Assembly (NCBI GenBank): GCA_017935645.1
Contig: JAGBHF010000089.1
Location: 914 to 64,913, forward strand
DNA length: 64,000 nucleotides
Origin: Bacteroidaceae bacterium
GTDB lineage: Bacteria; Bacteroidota; Bacteroidia; Bacteroidales; Barnesiellaceae_A
Reading direction: 5' to 3'
This document shows positions 9,415 through 18,565 of this stretch, piece after piece; position 1 is the first letter of the stretch, and every line of letters begins with the position of its first letter. The notes beneath the pieces were generated by a model. It saw nothing but the letters and a program-made list of their open reading frames with translations, searched no databases and was not told the origin of the DNA. The translations under genes were made by a program, and so were the position numbers.

Positions 9415-9550
9415 TGCAAATATAGTGAAAGGTGAGTGAAGAAAAACTAAGTTTACTTAAGTTTTTATTCCGAACCGCATCCTATATTCTATCAATATAG
9501 TGAATGGTGAGTGAAGAAAACCTAGTTTACCCCAAGTTTTTATTCCGAAC
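9415..9550 (-). repeat. Tandem pair (76-bp period) of an intergenic repeat family; each copy begins with a -7-box-like motif
   Basis: 9415-9475 gcaaatatagtgaaaggtgagtgaagaaaaactaagtttacttaagtttttattccgaacc; 9492-9550 caatatagtgaatggtgagtgaagaaaacctagtttaccccaagtttttattccgaacc. Related copies lie at 41824-41935, 53309-53443, 63958-64000 and, degenerate, 33512-33600. Confidence 0.8.
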
Positions 9551-9627
9551 CGTAGTCTACATTATGTAAAAACACACATTTCTTTTTATACTACCGTCAT
9601 TACTTGCTCCAAATATCAGTCATCGGC

Positions 9628-10815
9628 CTATAATTTATATTTGCTTTTTCGACATTCGTAGTGCAAGGTCAGTACAGCCAATATACCATAAACCATGGTA
9701 AGCAACCACAATGCTATATAGGCTCGAGAGGCTTGTGCAAGAGTGGCTCCCATTGTGTTTATTTGCACAAAACCCTCTATACCCCACGTAGATGGCACCA
9801 TATAGCTCATAAAACGCCACACCAACGGCATAGCATACCGTGGCCATGCTATACCCGACAGAAAAATAAATATTACAGATGTAAAAACAAAGGCCAGATA
9901 TACATGCTCGCGCTCTCGTACCCACACCGACAGCATGCTTGCCATGAATACCGATGATAGTATCATCGGCAACGATAAGAGCAATATATCTATCACATCA
10001 CCCATCTGCGGATAACCAAATATATAAGGTAGATAATGTAACAGATAGATAGTATTGAAAATGTAGATAGAGAGATAACAAAGTGTGCGACCACACAATT
10101 GCGCCACTATGTGATGCGGAGCATACCACCGTCTTGCTTGCTCATGCCGTGTTGCGGCAAGCACAGCTATACCCAAGACTATGCTTTGCTGTAATATCAA
10201 TACCAAAACAGCAGGAATAAGAAACGATGCCACACCCGATGTAGGGTTGTACATCACTATCGAGGTATATGGAATAGGTTGGGTTGCTATATCGGTAATA
10301 GAACTTGATACACCAATGGGTAATGTACGAAGTCGCATTGTCGCACCCATATCCAAAGTCACATCGGTAAGAGCCATATATAACGACTTGTAATTGAGCA
10401 AGAGGCTCATATCTGTATAAAAGAGCAGAATACCCTGCTCGTTTCGCAACAACTTTTTGTCAATCTCCTCGGGTATTACCAACACAGCATAACAAGCACG
10501 CTGCATCATCAGTGATTTGGCCTCATCAATATTGGCACAACAACCAATGACTTGTGCCGCAGGTGTCGCATCAAAATTATGCACTATCTCACGGCTCAAT
10601 CGGCTACGGCTATTATCAACCACAGCAACAGGCACATCGGTCACCTCTTCAGGGTTGTATATCAAGGCATAGAGTATAGGATAGGCCAACGGGAGTAACA
10701 CAAAAAACACCAAGGCTTCTACATTACGAAATACTTGAATATACTCCCTGCGCCAATAATAAAAGAGAACGGTTATTTCAAGATTTAAACGTTTCAACAT
10801 TTTCATTCCTTTCAT
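9628..10815 (-). CDS. ABC-2 type transporter permease
   Basis: 395-aa polytopic membrane protein with one N-terminal TM, a large extracytoplasmic loop and a C-terminal cluster of TMs (YhhJ/YbhS-like architecture). Last gene of the TolC-HlyD-permease-permease operon. Confidence 0.7.
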   Translation of the reverse strand: MKGMKMLKRLNLEITVLFYYWRREYIQVFRNVEALVFFVLLPLAYPILYALIYNPEEVTDVPVAVVDNSRSRLSREIVHNFDATPAAQVIGCCANIDEAKSLMMQRACYAVLVIPEEIDKKLLRNEQGILLFYTDMSLLLNYKSLYMALTDVTLDMGATMRLRTLPIGVSSSITDIATQPIPYTSIVMYNPTSGVASFLIPAVLVLILQQSIVLGIAVLAATRHEQARRWYAPHHIVAQLCGRTLCYLSIYIFNTIYLLHYLPYIFGYPQMGDVIDILLLSLPMILSSVFMASMLSVWVREREHVYLAFVFTSVIFIFLSGIAWPRYAMPLVWRFMSYMVPSTWGIEGFVQINTMGATLAQASRAYIALWLLTMVYGILAVLTLHYECRKSKYKL

Positions 10816-11980
10816 AACAAACTACAGCACGATACATACGAGGCAACATCAACAGGGCTATCACCACAAACAAAAGAAGAGCCATATACGCATCTCGACA
10901 ATAATAGAGCGGATAGCCGTTGAGTGCATTATTGACATATATGAGAAAATAATGACGCACAGGCAATAAATTGGTAAGTACCTTGAATGGAGCATACATA
11001 TCGGGCACAGGAAAAGAAAATCCTCCTAACGAAAACGAAACTACACCCAAGACACTCACTGCACTGAATGCAATAGAGTGTGATGAAACCAACGATAACA
11101 CTATGAGGACTATTGATTGAGATGCCACCACCAACAAAAACATAGCACACATCATGCGCCATATAGATGTGTGTAACGGAAAATGCAGATAACCATAGAG
11201 CATCGATTGCAATAAGACACCTTCAACAAAAAAGACCAATGTATACACCAACAACTTACCTGCAAGAGCCATCAAAAATGAGCCACGGGCTGCAAGCAGC
11301 CAACTACGTACACTACCCTTCTTAAATTCACTTGCAACAGCATACATTGTCACCAAAAGCACCATGAGTTGTAACATTGCCGGTAAAAATGAATTGCTCA
11401 GGTATATTGAATAATTGACCCAAGGATTGCCCAATGCATGAGAATCGATAGCTATAGGCTGCAAAAGCGACATAATGCGTTGTGGGGAAAAACCCAACGA
11501 CAACAACAAGTCTTGTATCACAGCGGCCGACATCAACATAGATTGTGTTGTGTAACACTCATACAACAACGATCCGGGTATAAGATACGCATCGTTGGTA
11601 TAAAACGAAAGAGGCGGTTGCTTGCCATCAAACAGCAACTCTTCAAAACGAGAGGGAATGAGCACAAAGCCATATACCTCATTACGTTGCATAGCTTGCA
11701 CTGCATCGATATAGGTATCGCATTGCAATGCAATATTGATAGCTTGTTGAGCCTGCAACTGTCGCACAAAACTACGCGATAAGGCACTATTATCCAAGTC
11801 GACCACAGCTGTAGGTATATGTTCCGGCAAGCCTTCGTTGAGCAATGTTACAAAAAACAATATACCGAACAATGGAGCACCTATCATGCACCCCCAACAG
11901 AGAGGCTGAGCAACAATACGCCTCCACTCACGCACCATTATTCGCCACAGAGTACTCATATCTCTATCTTTACAAACCAT
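10778..11980 (-). CDS. ABC-2 type transporter permease (paralog)
   Basis: 400-aa ORF with the same architecture as the downstream gene. Overlaps the next start by 38 nt. An alternative start is MSTLWRIM at 11959. Confidence 0.7.
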   Translation of the reverse strand: MVCKDRDMSTLWRIMVREWRRIVAQPLCWGCMIGAPLFGILFFVTLLNEGLPEHIPTAVVDLDNSALSRSFVRQLQAQQAINIALQCDTYIDAVQAMQRNEVYGFVLIPSRFEELLFDGKQPPLSFYTNDAYLIPGSLLYECYTTQSMLMSAAVIQDLLLSLGFSPQRIMSLLQPIAIDSHALGNPWVNYSIYLSNSFLPAMLQLMVLLVTMYAVASEFKKGSVRSWLLAARGSFLMALAGKLLVYTLVFFVEGVLLQSMLYGYLHFPLHTSIWRMMCAMFLLVVASQSIVLIVLSLVSSHSIAFSAVSVLGVVSFSLGGFSFPVPDMYAPFKVLTNLLPVRHYFLIYVNNALNGYPLYYCRDAYMALLLFVVIALLMLPRMYRAVVCYERNENVETFKS

Positions 11981-11987
11981 ATAGGCC

Positions 11988-12998
11988 TTACTGAATGTCT
12001 GTCAGCAAAACCGTCATTCCGGGCAACAATCCGTCTATAGTATTCAATGGACGCATGCGCACATTAAACGTCTTTGCATCATACTCTCCCTCTGCACGAG
12101 TAGCTCTCCACACTGCATAGTTACCCATATCTTTTACATAATATACCTCCAACTCAACCTCCTTATTATCCAATGCAGGAACAACGGCTATATGTTGCGA
12201 TCCAAGAGACATTCGTTGCAATAAATCTTCGCGTACATTGAATGACACCCACAGCTGGTCGAGCAGCAATATATTCATAACAGGAGCACCCAAGCTTATC
12301 AATTCGCCTTCCAACGGAAATATTTCACTCACAACACCTGAACGAGGCGATACAAGGATAGCATCTTGAAGCAAAGACTCTACTTCGGCAACGCCACCCT
12401 CGGCTACTTGCAACATGGCTTCGGACGCCTTCCGTTCTTCCCGACGCGCACCACTTACAGTCATTTCATATTGTGAACGAGCAACACCCTCGGCAGCTTT
12501 GGCCATATCATAGGCTGCCAAGGCCTCATCGTATTTTTGAGCCGATACCACACCCTTTTTATAGAGAGAATGTACACGAGAATAACTTTTTTCGGCCACA
12601 GCAAAAGCAGCTTGTGCCTGTAACAGCACATCATAAGCAGCCTGTACGACTTCTTGTCTTGCTCCGGCATCTACCAACTCTGTCTCGGCCTGTGCTGCCA
12701 TGCGCATCGCTGTTGCCACCGAAAGCTGAGCCTCTACCAACGAAGAGTGTATACTCACCAATGTATCGCCTTCTGTTACATATTCGCCTTCTGAGACAAA
12801 CAGTTGAGTTACCCTACCGGCCAACACCCCCGATATTCTTATCTGCTCTGCAACTATCTCGCCTTGTAACACCGGGGCAGAAGGACGCAACAAAAACAAT
12901 CCTACAAATGCCGCCACTAATATCACGACAACAAGTATCAGTAAAAGGAGCGACTGTAATGTTCTTTTTTTCATCTTATTTGTAATCACTATTTTCAA
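11988..12998 (-). CDS. HlyD-family membrane fusion (periplasmic adaptor) protein
   Basis: N-terminal TM, lipoyl-like 'GEYVTEGDTLVSI', long Ala-rich coiled-coil hairpin, beta-barrel C-terminus. ATGA overlap with the TolC-family stop. Confidence 0.8.
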   Translation of the reverse strand: MKIVITNKMKKRTLQSLLLLILVVVILVAAFVGLFLLRPSAPVLQGEIVAEQIRISGVLAGRVTQLFVSEGEYVTEGDTLVSIHSSLVEAQLSVATAMRMAAQAETELVDAGARQEVVQAAYDVLLQAQAAFAVAEKSYSRVHSLYKKGVVSAQKYDEALAAYDMAKAAEGVARSQYEMTVSGARREERKASEAMLQVAEGGVAEVESLLQDAILVSPRSGVVSEIFPLEGELISLGAPVMNILLLDQLWVSFNVREDLLQRMSLGSQHIAVVPALDNKEVELEVYYVKDMGNYAVWRATRAEGEYDAKTFNVRMRPLNTIDGLLPGMTVLLTDIQ

Positions 12999-14371
12999 TA
13001 TAAAGGCAAGCCTACAGCCCTTGTATAGCTGTCGTATGCCACCGACACAGCAACACGGGCGTCTATCAACTCAGAGGAGGCTTCCCGCCAGGCTGTTTGT
13101 GCCGCCAGCAGTTGAGTATAGGTATACACCCCTTCATCAAAGGCATATTGTGCGTTACGCAAGTTCAACTCGGCCTGTTCACTGTTTTTTACACACATCT
13201 TATATATCGCACCGGCCTCATTATAGCGATGCCGAGCTTCATTAACCTGCAATGCTATACGATCCTTTGCAGCCTCAATCTCTATATTGGCTATTGTAAC
13301 TACACTGCGTGCCGCCTTGTAACGATAATAATCTGTTCCCCAATGAAATATAGGGATGTGCACCATAACACCTACACTGAACATCCCATCAAACGATGTT
13401 TTGAATCCATTATATAAATTGGGCAAACTCAGGCTATACATACCTACCAAAGCCACCGATGGCAACATGGCAGATAGTGCCAATCGCTGCTGTGCATGCG
13501 CCATACGCGAGAGTATACGCAGACTCTGCACCTCTTCACGACGACTATAAATGCCACTCATCGCATAAGACGCAAGCATTGGAGGCTCTTGAAAAAATAC
13601 TACATCACGCAACTCAAAAACCGTATCAATAGGCATACCACACAATTGTGCCAACATCATTCGCGCCGATACCAATCCGTTCTCTGCTTTCGTAAGCATC
13701 ACATCGGCCTCATTCTTGGCCACCGACACAGCAAGGCCATCGCTTTGGGTAGCCAAGCCTTCATTTATCAGGTCGGTCATATCATTGTGCAAATTCTCAA
13801 GAAGCGACACAAAACTCTGCGCCAACTGCAACTTATGCTCCAACGACACCACCAACCAGTAGACATCATCAACGGCTGTAATCACCTCTATCTCCGTAAG
13901 GTTGCGTTGCGAGTGAGCCAACAACTCGGCATTTGCAGCCATATCGTTCATTGCCAAAATCTTGCCACCCATGTATATAGGTTGTGCAAGCGTCACAGCA
14001 CCTATTGCAACCTGGCGTGTATCGAGCTCCAAGAAATCATCAGGGATAAAAACCGATGCCAACGAAGCCGAGACACCAAGTTGCGATATTGCACTGCGAA
14101 GGTTATCTACATCAACCAACCGAGTAGGCTTCTGGTTGTAAAAATAGGCTCCTGCAAAGTCTATTGCAGGCAGATAGGCACCACGTGCGGCACGACGCAG
14201 ACAAGCACTCTGCTCCACTGTCTCATGGGCAATTTGCAAGGTTTTGTTGCATCGCAAAGCCCACATACGACACGAATCGAGCGTAACCGTATTGCATATA
14301 GGTGTGGCATTGCACACAATCATGCACAACACTATGGCAAAATATAATGCGAAGGCTCGTAGTCTGTTCAT
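12995..14371 (-). CDS. TolC-family outer membrane efflux protein
   Basis: Two-repeat alpha/beta pattern of outer membrane factors. Preferred start MNRLRAFALYFAIVLCMIV (14371) is signal-like, unlike the track start at 14443. Confidence 0.75.
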   Translation of the reverse strand: MNRLRAFALYFAIVLCMIVCNATPICNTVTLDSCRMWALRCNKTLQIAHETVEQSACLRRAARGAYLPAIDFAGAYFYNQKPTRLVDVDNLRSAISQLGVSASLASVFIPDDFLELDTRQVAIGAVTLAQPIYMGGKILAMNDMAANAELLAHSQRNLTEIEVITAVDDVYWLVVSLEHKLQLAQSFVSLLENLHNDMTDLINEGLATQSDGLAVSVAKNEADVMLTKAENGLVSARMMLAQLCGMPIDTVFELRDVVFFQEPPMLASYAMSGIYSRREEVQSLRILSRMAHAQQRLALSAMLPSVALVGMYSLSLPNLYNGFKTSFDGMFSVGVMVHIPIFHWGTDYYRYKAARSVVTIANIEIEAAKDRIALQVNEARHRYNEAGAIYKMCVKNSEQAELNLRNAQYAFDEGVYTYTQLLAAQTAWREASSELIDARVAVSVAYDSYTRAVGLPLY

Positions 14372-14390
14372 TTCTGTCGGAGTATATAGA

Positions 14391-14426
14391 AAGAAAAAGC
14401 AGCTCTCTGCAACAGAGAACTGCTTT
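14391..14426 (-). terminator. Hairpin plus T-rich tract between the coiled-coil gene and the TolC-family start (terminator or attenuator)
   Basis: Minus strand AAGCAGTTCTCTG-TTG-CAGAGAGCTGCTT followed by TTTCTTTC. Lies only about 20 nt upstream of the ATG at 14371. Confidence 0.4.
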
Positions 14427-14488
14427 ATAAACATTCGAGCCAATCGAATGACCCGAGATTTAACCTTTTTTATACATCTATTTCAAGA

Positions 14489-15382
14489 TTACTTTTTCAA
14501 GGAAAATGCTCCACTACCTATTACATAGTTATCGGCAAAAATCTCAACCTCATAGTCGCCGGGATACAGATATTCATCGACATCCCAATACATAGCGACC
14601 TCGCTTATTTCATCGCCGGCATACTCTATCATCTTGGCACAAGAATAGGGTATCTCACTATCTTCAAACGGGAAGAGATTGCTATCGCTCTTAATCATGA
14701 TGTCGCCATCGGGCTTACGCAAGCGAGCATATATCATCTTCTCGCCGGTAGAGGCCGTTACATTCTTGGCTATCGAGAAGGTTATCTCCAACTTGGCTAT
14801 CTGCTTAATCGACTTTGCAACCTTACCATTTGAGCGCAAGGGAGTTACTTGAATATTTACCGCATCAAGTTTCGAGGCTATTGTAACCTTGGCAGTAAGC
14901 GAATCGCGCTCATTGAGCAGCTCCTCGGCACGAGCCGAAATATCTTCATATTTCTTGCGTACCTTGCGATTCTCGGCACGAAGGTTCTTGTTTTCTTGGT
15001 TGAGCGAATCAATCTGAGCCACATATACGCGCATGATACCACGCAAGGTCTCCAACTCCTTACGCAACTCAGCAATACGCTTGGCGCTGGTAGCTTTCTC
15101 CGACTTCAACTCCTCATATAAGCGTTGCACCTTGATTTGCTCCGCTTCGAGTCGTTCAATCAGTGAGTCATTTTTCAGCACCATCTTTTGACCCTCATAC
15201 AGAGCATATTGCTCGGCAAGGTCAGCATATTCATGTTCGAGTTCCATACGCTCCTTCTCTACTTCGAGTTGCTCTATTTGCTTCGACTGCTTGGTACTCT
15301 GAACGATAAAAGCGATAAGGATAGCTATCAATGCCACCGACAATCCGGCTATGATTCCTAAAATCAGTTTGTTATTTTTCAT
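14489..15382 (-). CDS. Membrane-anchored coiled-coil protein, function unknown
   Basis: N-terminal TM (LILGIIAGLSVALIAILIAFIV), about 150 aa of heptad-rich E/K/L/R sequence, then a beta-rich domain of about 110 aa. I recognise no catalytic motif. Confidence 0.55.
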   Translation of the reverse strand: MKNNKLILGIIAGLSVALIAILIAFIVQSTKQSKQIEQLEVEKERMELEHEYADLAEQYALYEGQKMVLKNDSLIERLEAEQIKVQRLYEELKSEKATSAKRIAELRKELETLRGIMRVYVAQIDSLNQENKNLRAENRKVRKKYEDISARAEELLNERDSLTAKVTIASKLDAVNIQVTPLRSNGKVAKSIKQIAKLEITFSIAKNVTASTGEKMIYARLRKPDGDIMIKSDSNLFPFEDSEIPYSCAKMIEYAGDEISEVAMYWDVDEYLYPGDYEVEIFADNYVIGSGAFSLKK

Positions 15383-15617
15383 TTTTCCTGTGTATGATTG
15401 ACTTCACAAATAATATATCGACTGCAAAGTTAATTTTTTCATAGCAACCTAACAACAAATGTTAGATTTTTTAAGTATAATATGTTAACATACACATCTG
15501 CATCAAATTCTTTTATACATCTTACTACTAAAGAATTATATTTCGCAACAGCGTTTATTGTTAAAATTCAACAACATTATATTATACTTTTTGACTTGAC
15601 ATTACGGCTAAAAACAC

Positions 15618-15625
15618 TATCTTTG
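15618..15625 (+). promoter_or_regulatory. Candidate -7 promoter box (TATCTTTG) for the PASTA-rluD unit
   Basis: Exact TAnnTTTG match 25 nt upstream of the ATG at 15650. Confidence 0.5.
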
Positions 15626-15649
15626 TAGACAATAATATATTGGATAAGT

Positions 15650-16261
15650 ATGGACAAAATTTTTGCATTTCTGAGAAATCATCGCATCATATCGAACTTA
15701 TTGATGATGTTTGTCATATTGATAATACTCTTCATTGCCCTTAATGTGTGGCTCAGGTCATACACTCGTCACGACGACCTCACGTTGTTGCCTTCGGTGA
15801 AGTACTTATCGGTCGAAGAGGCTGCCGACATATTTAAACGTCACAACTTGAAATACGAGATTATCGACTCGGTATTTAACGACCGTGCCACACCGGGTAT
15901 GATTGTCGAGCAAGTTCCGGCCGCCGACACCAAGGTAAAGGAGGAGCGCACCATCTATCTCACCATTAACGCCTACTCGCCCAAGTCGGCCAAGATTCCT
16001 GCCATTATCAACACCTCAATACGTCAAGCCGAAGCACAACTCAAGAGCGTAGGTTTCAAGAATATCAGTGTCCGATTAGAGCCTTCGCCTTACAAGGGTC
16101 TTGTATTGGATGTAAAACATGATGGAAAGTCTATCTCGGAAAACGAGAAGTTACCTACATCAAGTCGCATCACGCTTATCGTGGGCGAAGGAGAGCAAGT
16201 TGCCGAGAGCGACTCTACAGCCGAGGGTGACGACGATGAGATGATGTTTGTAATAGAATAA
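15650..16261 (+). CDS. PASTA domain-containing membrane protein (no kinase or PBP domain)
   Basis: One N-terminal TM followed by two PASTA-like units of about 65 aa ('LPSVKYLSVEEAADIFKRHNLKYEIIDS...', 'IPAIINTSIRQAEAQLKSVGFKNISV...') and an acidic tail. Confidence 0.65.
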   Translation: MDKIFAFLRNHRIISNLLMMFVILIILFIALNVWLRSYTRHDDLTLLPSVKYLSVEEAADIFKRHNLKYEIIDSVFNDRATPGMIVEQVPAADTKVKEERTIYLTINAYSPKSAKIPAIINTSIRQAEAQLKSVGFKNISVRLEPSPYKGLVLDVKHDGKSISENEKLPTSSRITLIVGEGEQVAESDSTAEGDDDEMMFVIE

Positions 16262-16280
16262 CAGTACGACACAGAAGCCC

Positions 16281-17348
16281 ATGAGCGAAGATATATATAC
16301 CGGTGATGACATAATACTTACCGACGACAACGAGAGAGAACTCTATGAACACTTTCGCTTTGTTGCCGATAAGGGACAGACACTGCTACGCGTAGACAAG
16401 TTCCTTGTCACACGCATGGAGAATGCCTCTCGCAACCGCATACAACAGGCGGCCGAGGCGGGTTGCATACTTGTAAATGGCAAGCCTGTAAAGTCGAACT
16501 ATCGAGTAAAGCCTCTGGATGTAGTGTCGATTGTAATGGATCGTCCCCGATATGAGTGCGAAATCATTGCTCAGGATATTCCCCTCAATATCGTATACGA
16601 AGATGCCGATGTATTGGTGGTAAACAAGCCTGCCGGACTGGTGGTACACCCCGGACACGGCAATTACAGCGGTACTCTTGTCAATGCATTGGCATGGCAT
16701 TTCCGCGACAACCCCGAGTATGATGTTAGCGACCCTCGTCTGGGACTTGTTCATCGCATCGACAAGGATACATCGGGACTACTTGTTATAGCCAAGACGC
16801 CCGAGGCAAAGACTCACTTGGGACTGCAATTCTTCAACAAAACAACCAAGCGCAAGTATGTAGCACTTGTGTGGGGTGCTATGGAAAACGACGAAGGTCG
16901 CATCGAGGGTCATATAGGGCGTAGCACCAAAGACCGTCTGCAAATGACCGTGTACCCCAACGGTGAATGTGGCAAGAGTGCTGTCACCCACTACCGTACC
17001 ATCGAGCGACTGGGATACGTCTCGGTCGTAGAGTGTGTATTGGAGACCGGTCGCACGCACCAAATCAGAGTCCACATGAAGCACATCGGTCACACCCTCT
17101 TCAACGATGAGCGATATGGTGGCAATCAGATATTACGAGGAACGACCTTTGCCAAGTACCGCCAATTTGTACAAAACTGCTTTGAGACATGCCCCCGACA
17201 GGCACTTCACGCCAAGACATTGGGTTTCATACACCCTCGCACGGGCGAAGAGTTGTTTTTCGACACCGAAGTTCCCACTGATATGACTCAGCTGATAGAG
17301 CGCTGGAGACAATACATATCTTCGCGCGAAATCAATGAGGAGGAATAA
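16281..17348 (+). CDS. rluD: RluA-family 23S rRNA pseudouridine synthase (RluD-like)
   Basis: S4-like N-terminus ('RVDKFL'), catalytic 'HRIDKDTSGLLVIAK', 'GRTHQIRVH'. Confidence 0.85.
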   Translation: MSEDIYTGDDIILTDDNERELYEHFRFVADKGQTLLRVDKFLVTRMENASRNRIQQAAEAGCILVNGKPVKSNYRVKPLDVVSIVMDRPRYECEIIAQDIPLNIVYEDADVLVVNKPAGLVVHPGHGNYSGTLVNALAWHFRDNPEYDVSDPRLGLVHRIDKDTSGLLVIAKTPEAKTHLGLQFFNKTTKRKYVALVWGAMENDEGRIEGHIGRSTKDRLQMTVYPNGECGKSAVTHYRTIERLGYVSVVECVLETGRTHQIRVHMKHIGHTLFNDERYGGNQILRGTTFAKYRQFVQNCFETCPRQALHAKTLGFIHPRTGEELFFDTEVPTDMTQLIERWRQYISSREINEEE

Positions 17349-17391
17349 TAATTCTATCGTTTACTTTAACACGAAAATAATACCATAAGAT

Positions 17392-18552
17392 ATGATACAG
17401 ACTACAAACTTTGACGAAATTCGACCGTACAACGACAACGAATACCACGAGAAGGTAGCCACATTGATACAGGAGCCCGCCTTCAAGCAGGTAATAGCGA
17501 CAGTAATGCCTGAGGTAGAGTTTGAGATGTTTGCCAAGATGCTACTCAGCATCAACTCTATAGCGGATTTTCAAGAGCAGATTATTGCAAAATTCTTATA
17601 CAAACTGATAAAAAATACAACCAACGGATTGGAGAACAGTGGTATTGATTGCCTTGCTCACGACAAGAATTATACCTTCCTGTCAAACCACCGCGACATC
17701 GTATTGGATGCCTCATTCCTATGCTTGGTACTGCTTAACAACCGACACAACACATGCGAAATAGCCATTGGAAGCAACTTGCTTATATACCAATGGATTG
17801 AGGACCTTGTTCGCATCAACAAGAGTTTTATTGTAAAACGCGGTGTAGGTGTGCGTCAAGCTCTTGAGGCTGCCATGCAACTATCGGCTTACATACATTA
17901 TGCCATCAATCAAAAACACCAGTCGGTGTGGATTGCTCAACGCGAGGGACGTGCCAAGGACTCGAACGACCGCACTCAAGACGCTCTTATAAAAATGCTC
18001 TCATTGGGCAAGAAAGGTAATCTTATCGACTCTATACGCGAATTGAACATCGCTCCCGTTGCTATATCGTACGAGTATGACCCTTGCGACAGCCTCAAGG
18101 CCTATGAGTTCCTGCAAAAGAGCAAAAACCCCGACTTCAAGAAAAGTCAACGCGACGACCTCGTGAATATGCAAACCGGCATCATGGGATATAAAGGTAC
18201 TGTACACTATGGTTTTACACCTTGCATCAATGATGAGTTGGCGCAACTTGAAGGCGAAAGTGACAAAGCAACAATATTGCGATCGGTGTGTCAAATTATC
18301 GACCGACACATCCACCTCAACTATCGCATATATCCGTGCAACTACATTGCTTACGATATGCTATACAAGGAGAATCGATTTGCCAACGAATACACTCCCG
18401 AACAAAAAGAGGACTTTGAGAAGTACATTCAAGGTCAAATTGCCAAATTGGGCGAATTTGCCATCGAGGATTACCAATTTATGCGTGAGAAAATGTTGCT
18501 CATGTACTCCAATCCTCTTAAAAACAAATTAGAGGCCCAAGGAATAGCATAA
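17392..18552 (+). CDS. Glycerol/lysophospholipid acyltransferase family protein
   Basis: 'SNHRDIVLDASF' HX4D acyltransferase motif and 'AQREGRAKD' block. The precise substrate cannot be assigned. Confidence 0.6.
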   Translation: MIQTTNFDEIRPYNDNEYHEKVATLIQEPAFKQVIATVMPEVEFEMFAKMLLSINSIADFQEQIIAKFLYKLIKNTTNGLENSGIDCLAHDKNYTFLSNHRDIVLDASFLCLVLLNNRHNTCEIAIGSNLLIYQWIEDLVRINKSFIVKRGVGVRQALEAAMQLSAYIHYAINQKHQSVWIAQREGRAKDSNDRTQDALIKMLSLGKKGNLIDSIRELNIAPVAISYEYDPCDSLKAYEFLQKSKNPDFKKSQRDDLVNMQTGIMGYKGTVHYGFTPCINDELAQLEGESDKATILRSVCQIIDRHIHLNYRIYPCNYIAYDMLYKENRFANEYTPEQKEDFEKYIQGQIAKLGEFAIEDYQFMREKMLLMYSNPLKNKLEAQGIA

Positions 18553-18565
18553 TCCACTACTACAT

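Noticed and set aside
9415-9550. Possibility that the tandem repeats are a small CRISPR array or tRNA-derived sequence (the minus strand reads GGTTCGGAAT, vaguely like a T-arm).
   Set aside because: There are only two copies per locus, separated by short spacers that are conserved between loci (gcatcctat[a/c]ttc). There are no cas genes. No cloverleaf can be drawn, there is no acceptor stem or CCA context, and the sequence is too A/T-rich for a tRNA.
10778-10815. The 38-nt overlap between the two ABC-2 permease ORFs, as a possible frameshift or pseudogene junction.
   Set aside because: Both ORFs are full length with complete, paralogous architectures. Overlapping stop and start regions are normal for coupled operon genes, and internal Met codons (10806, 10800) shorten the overlap only slightly.
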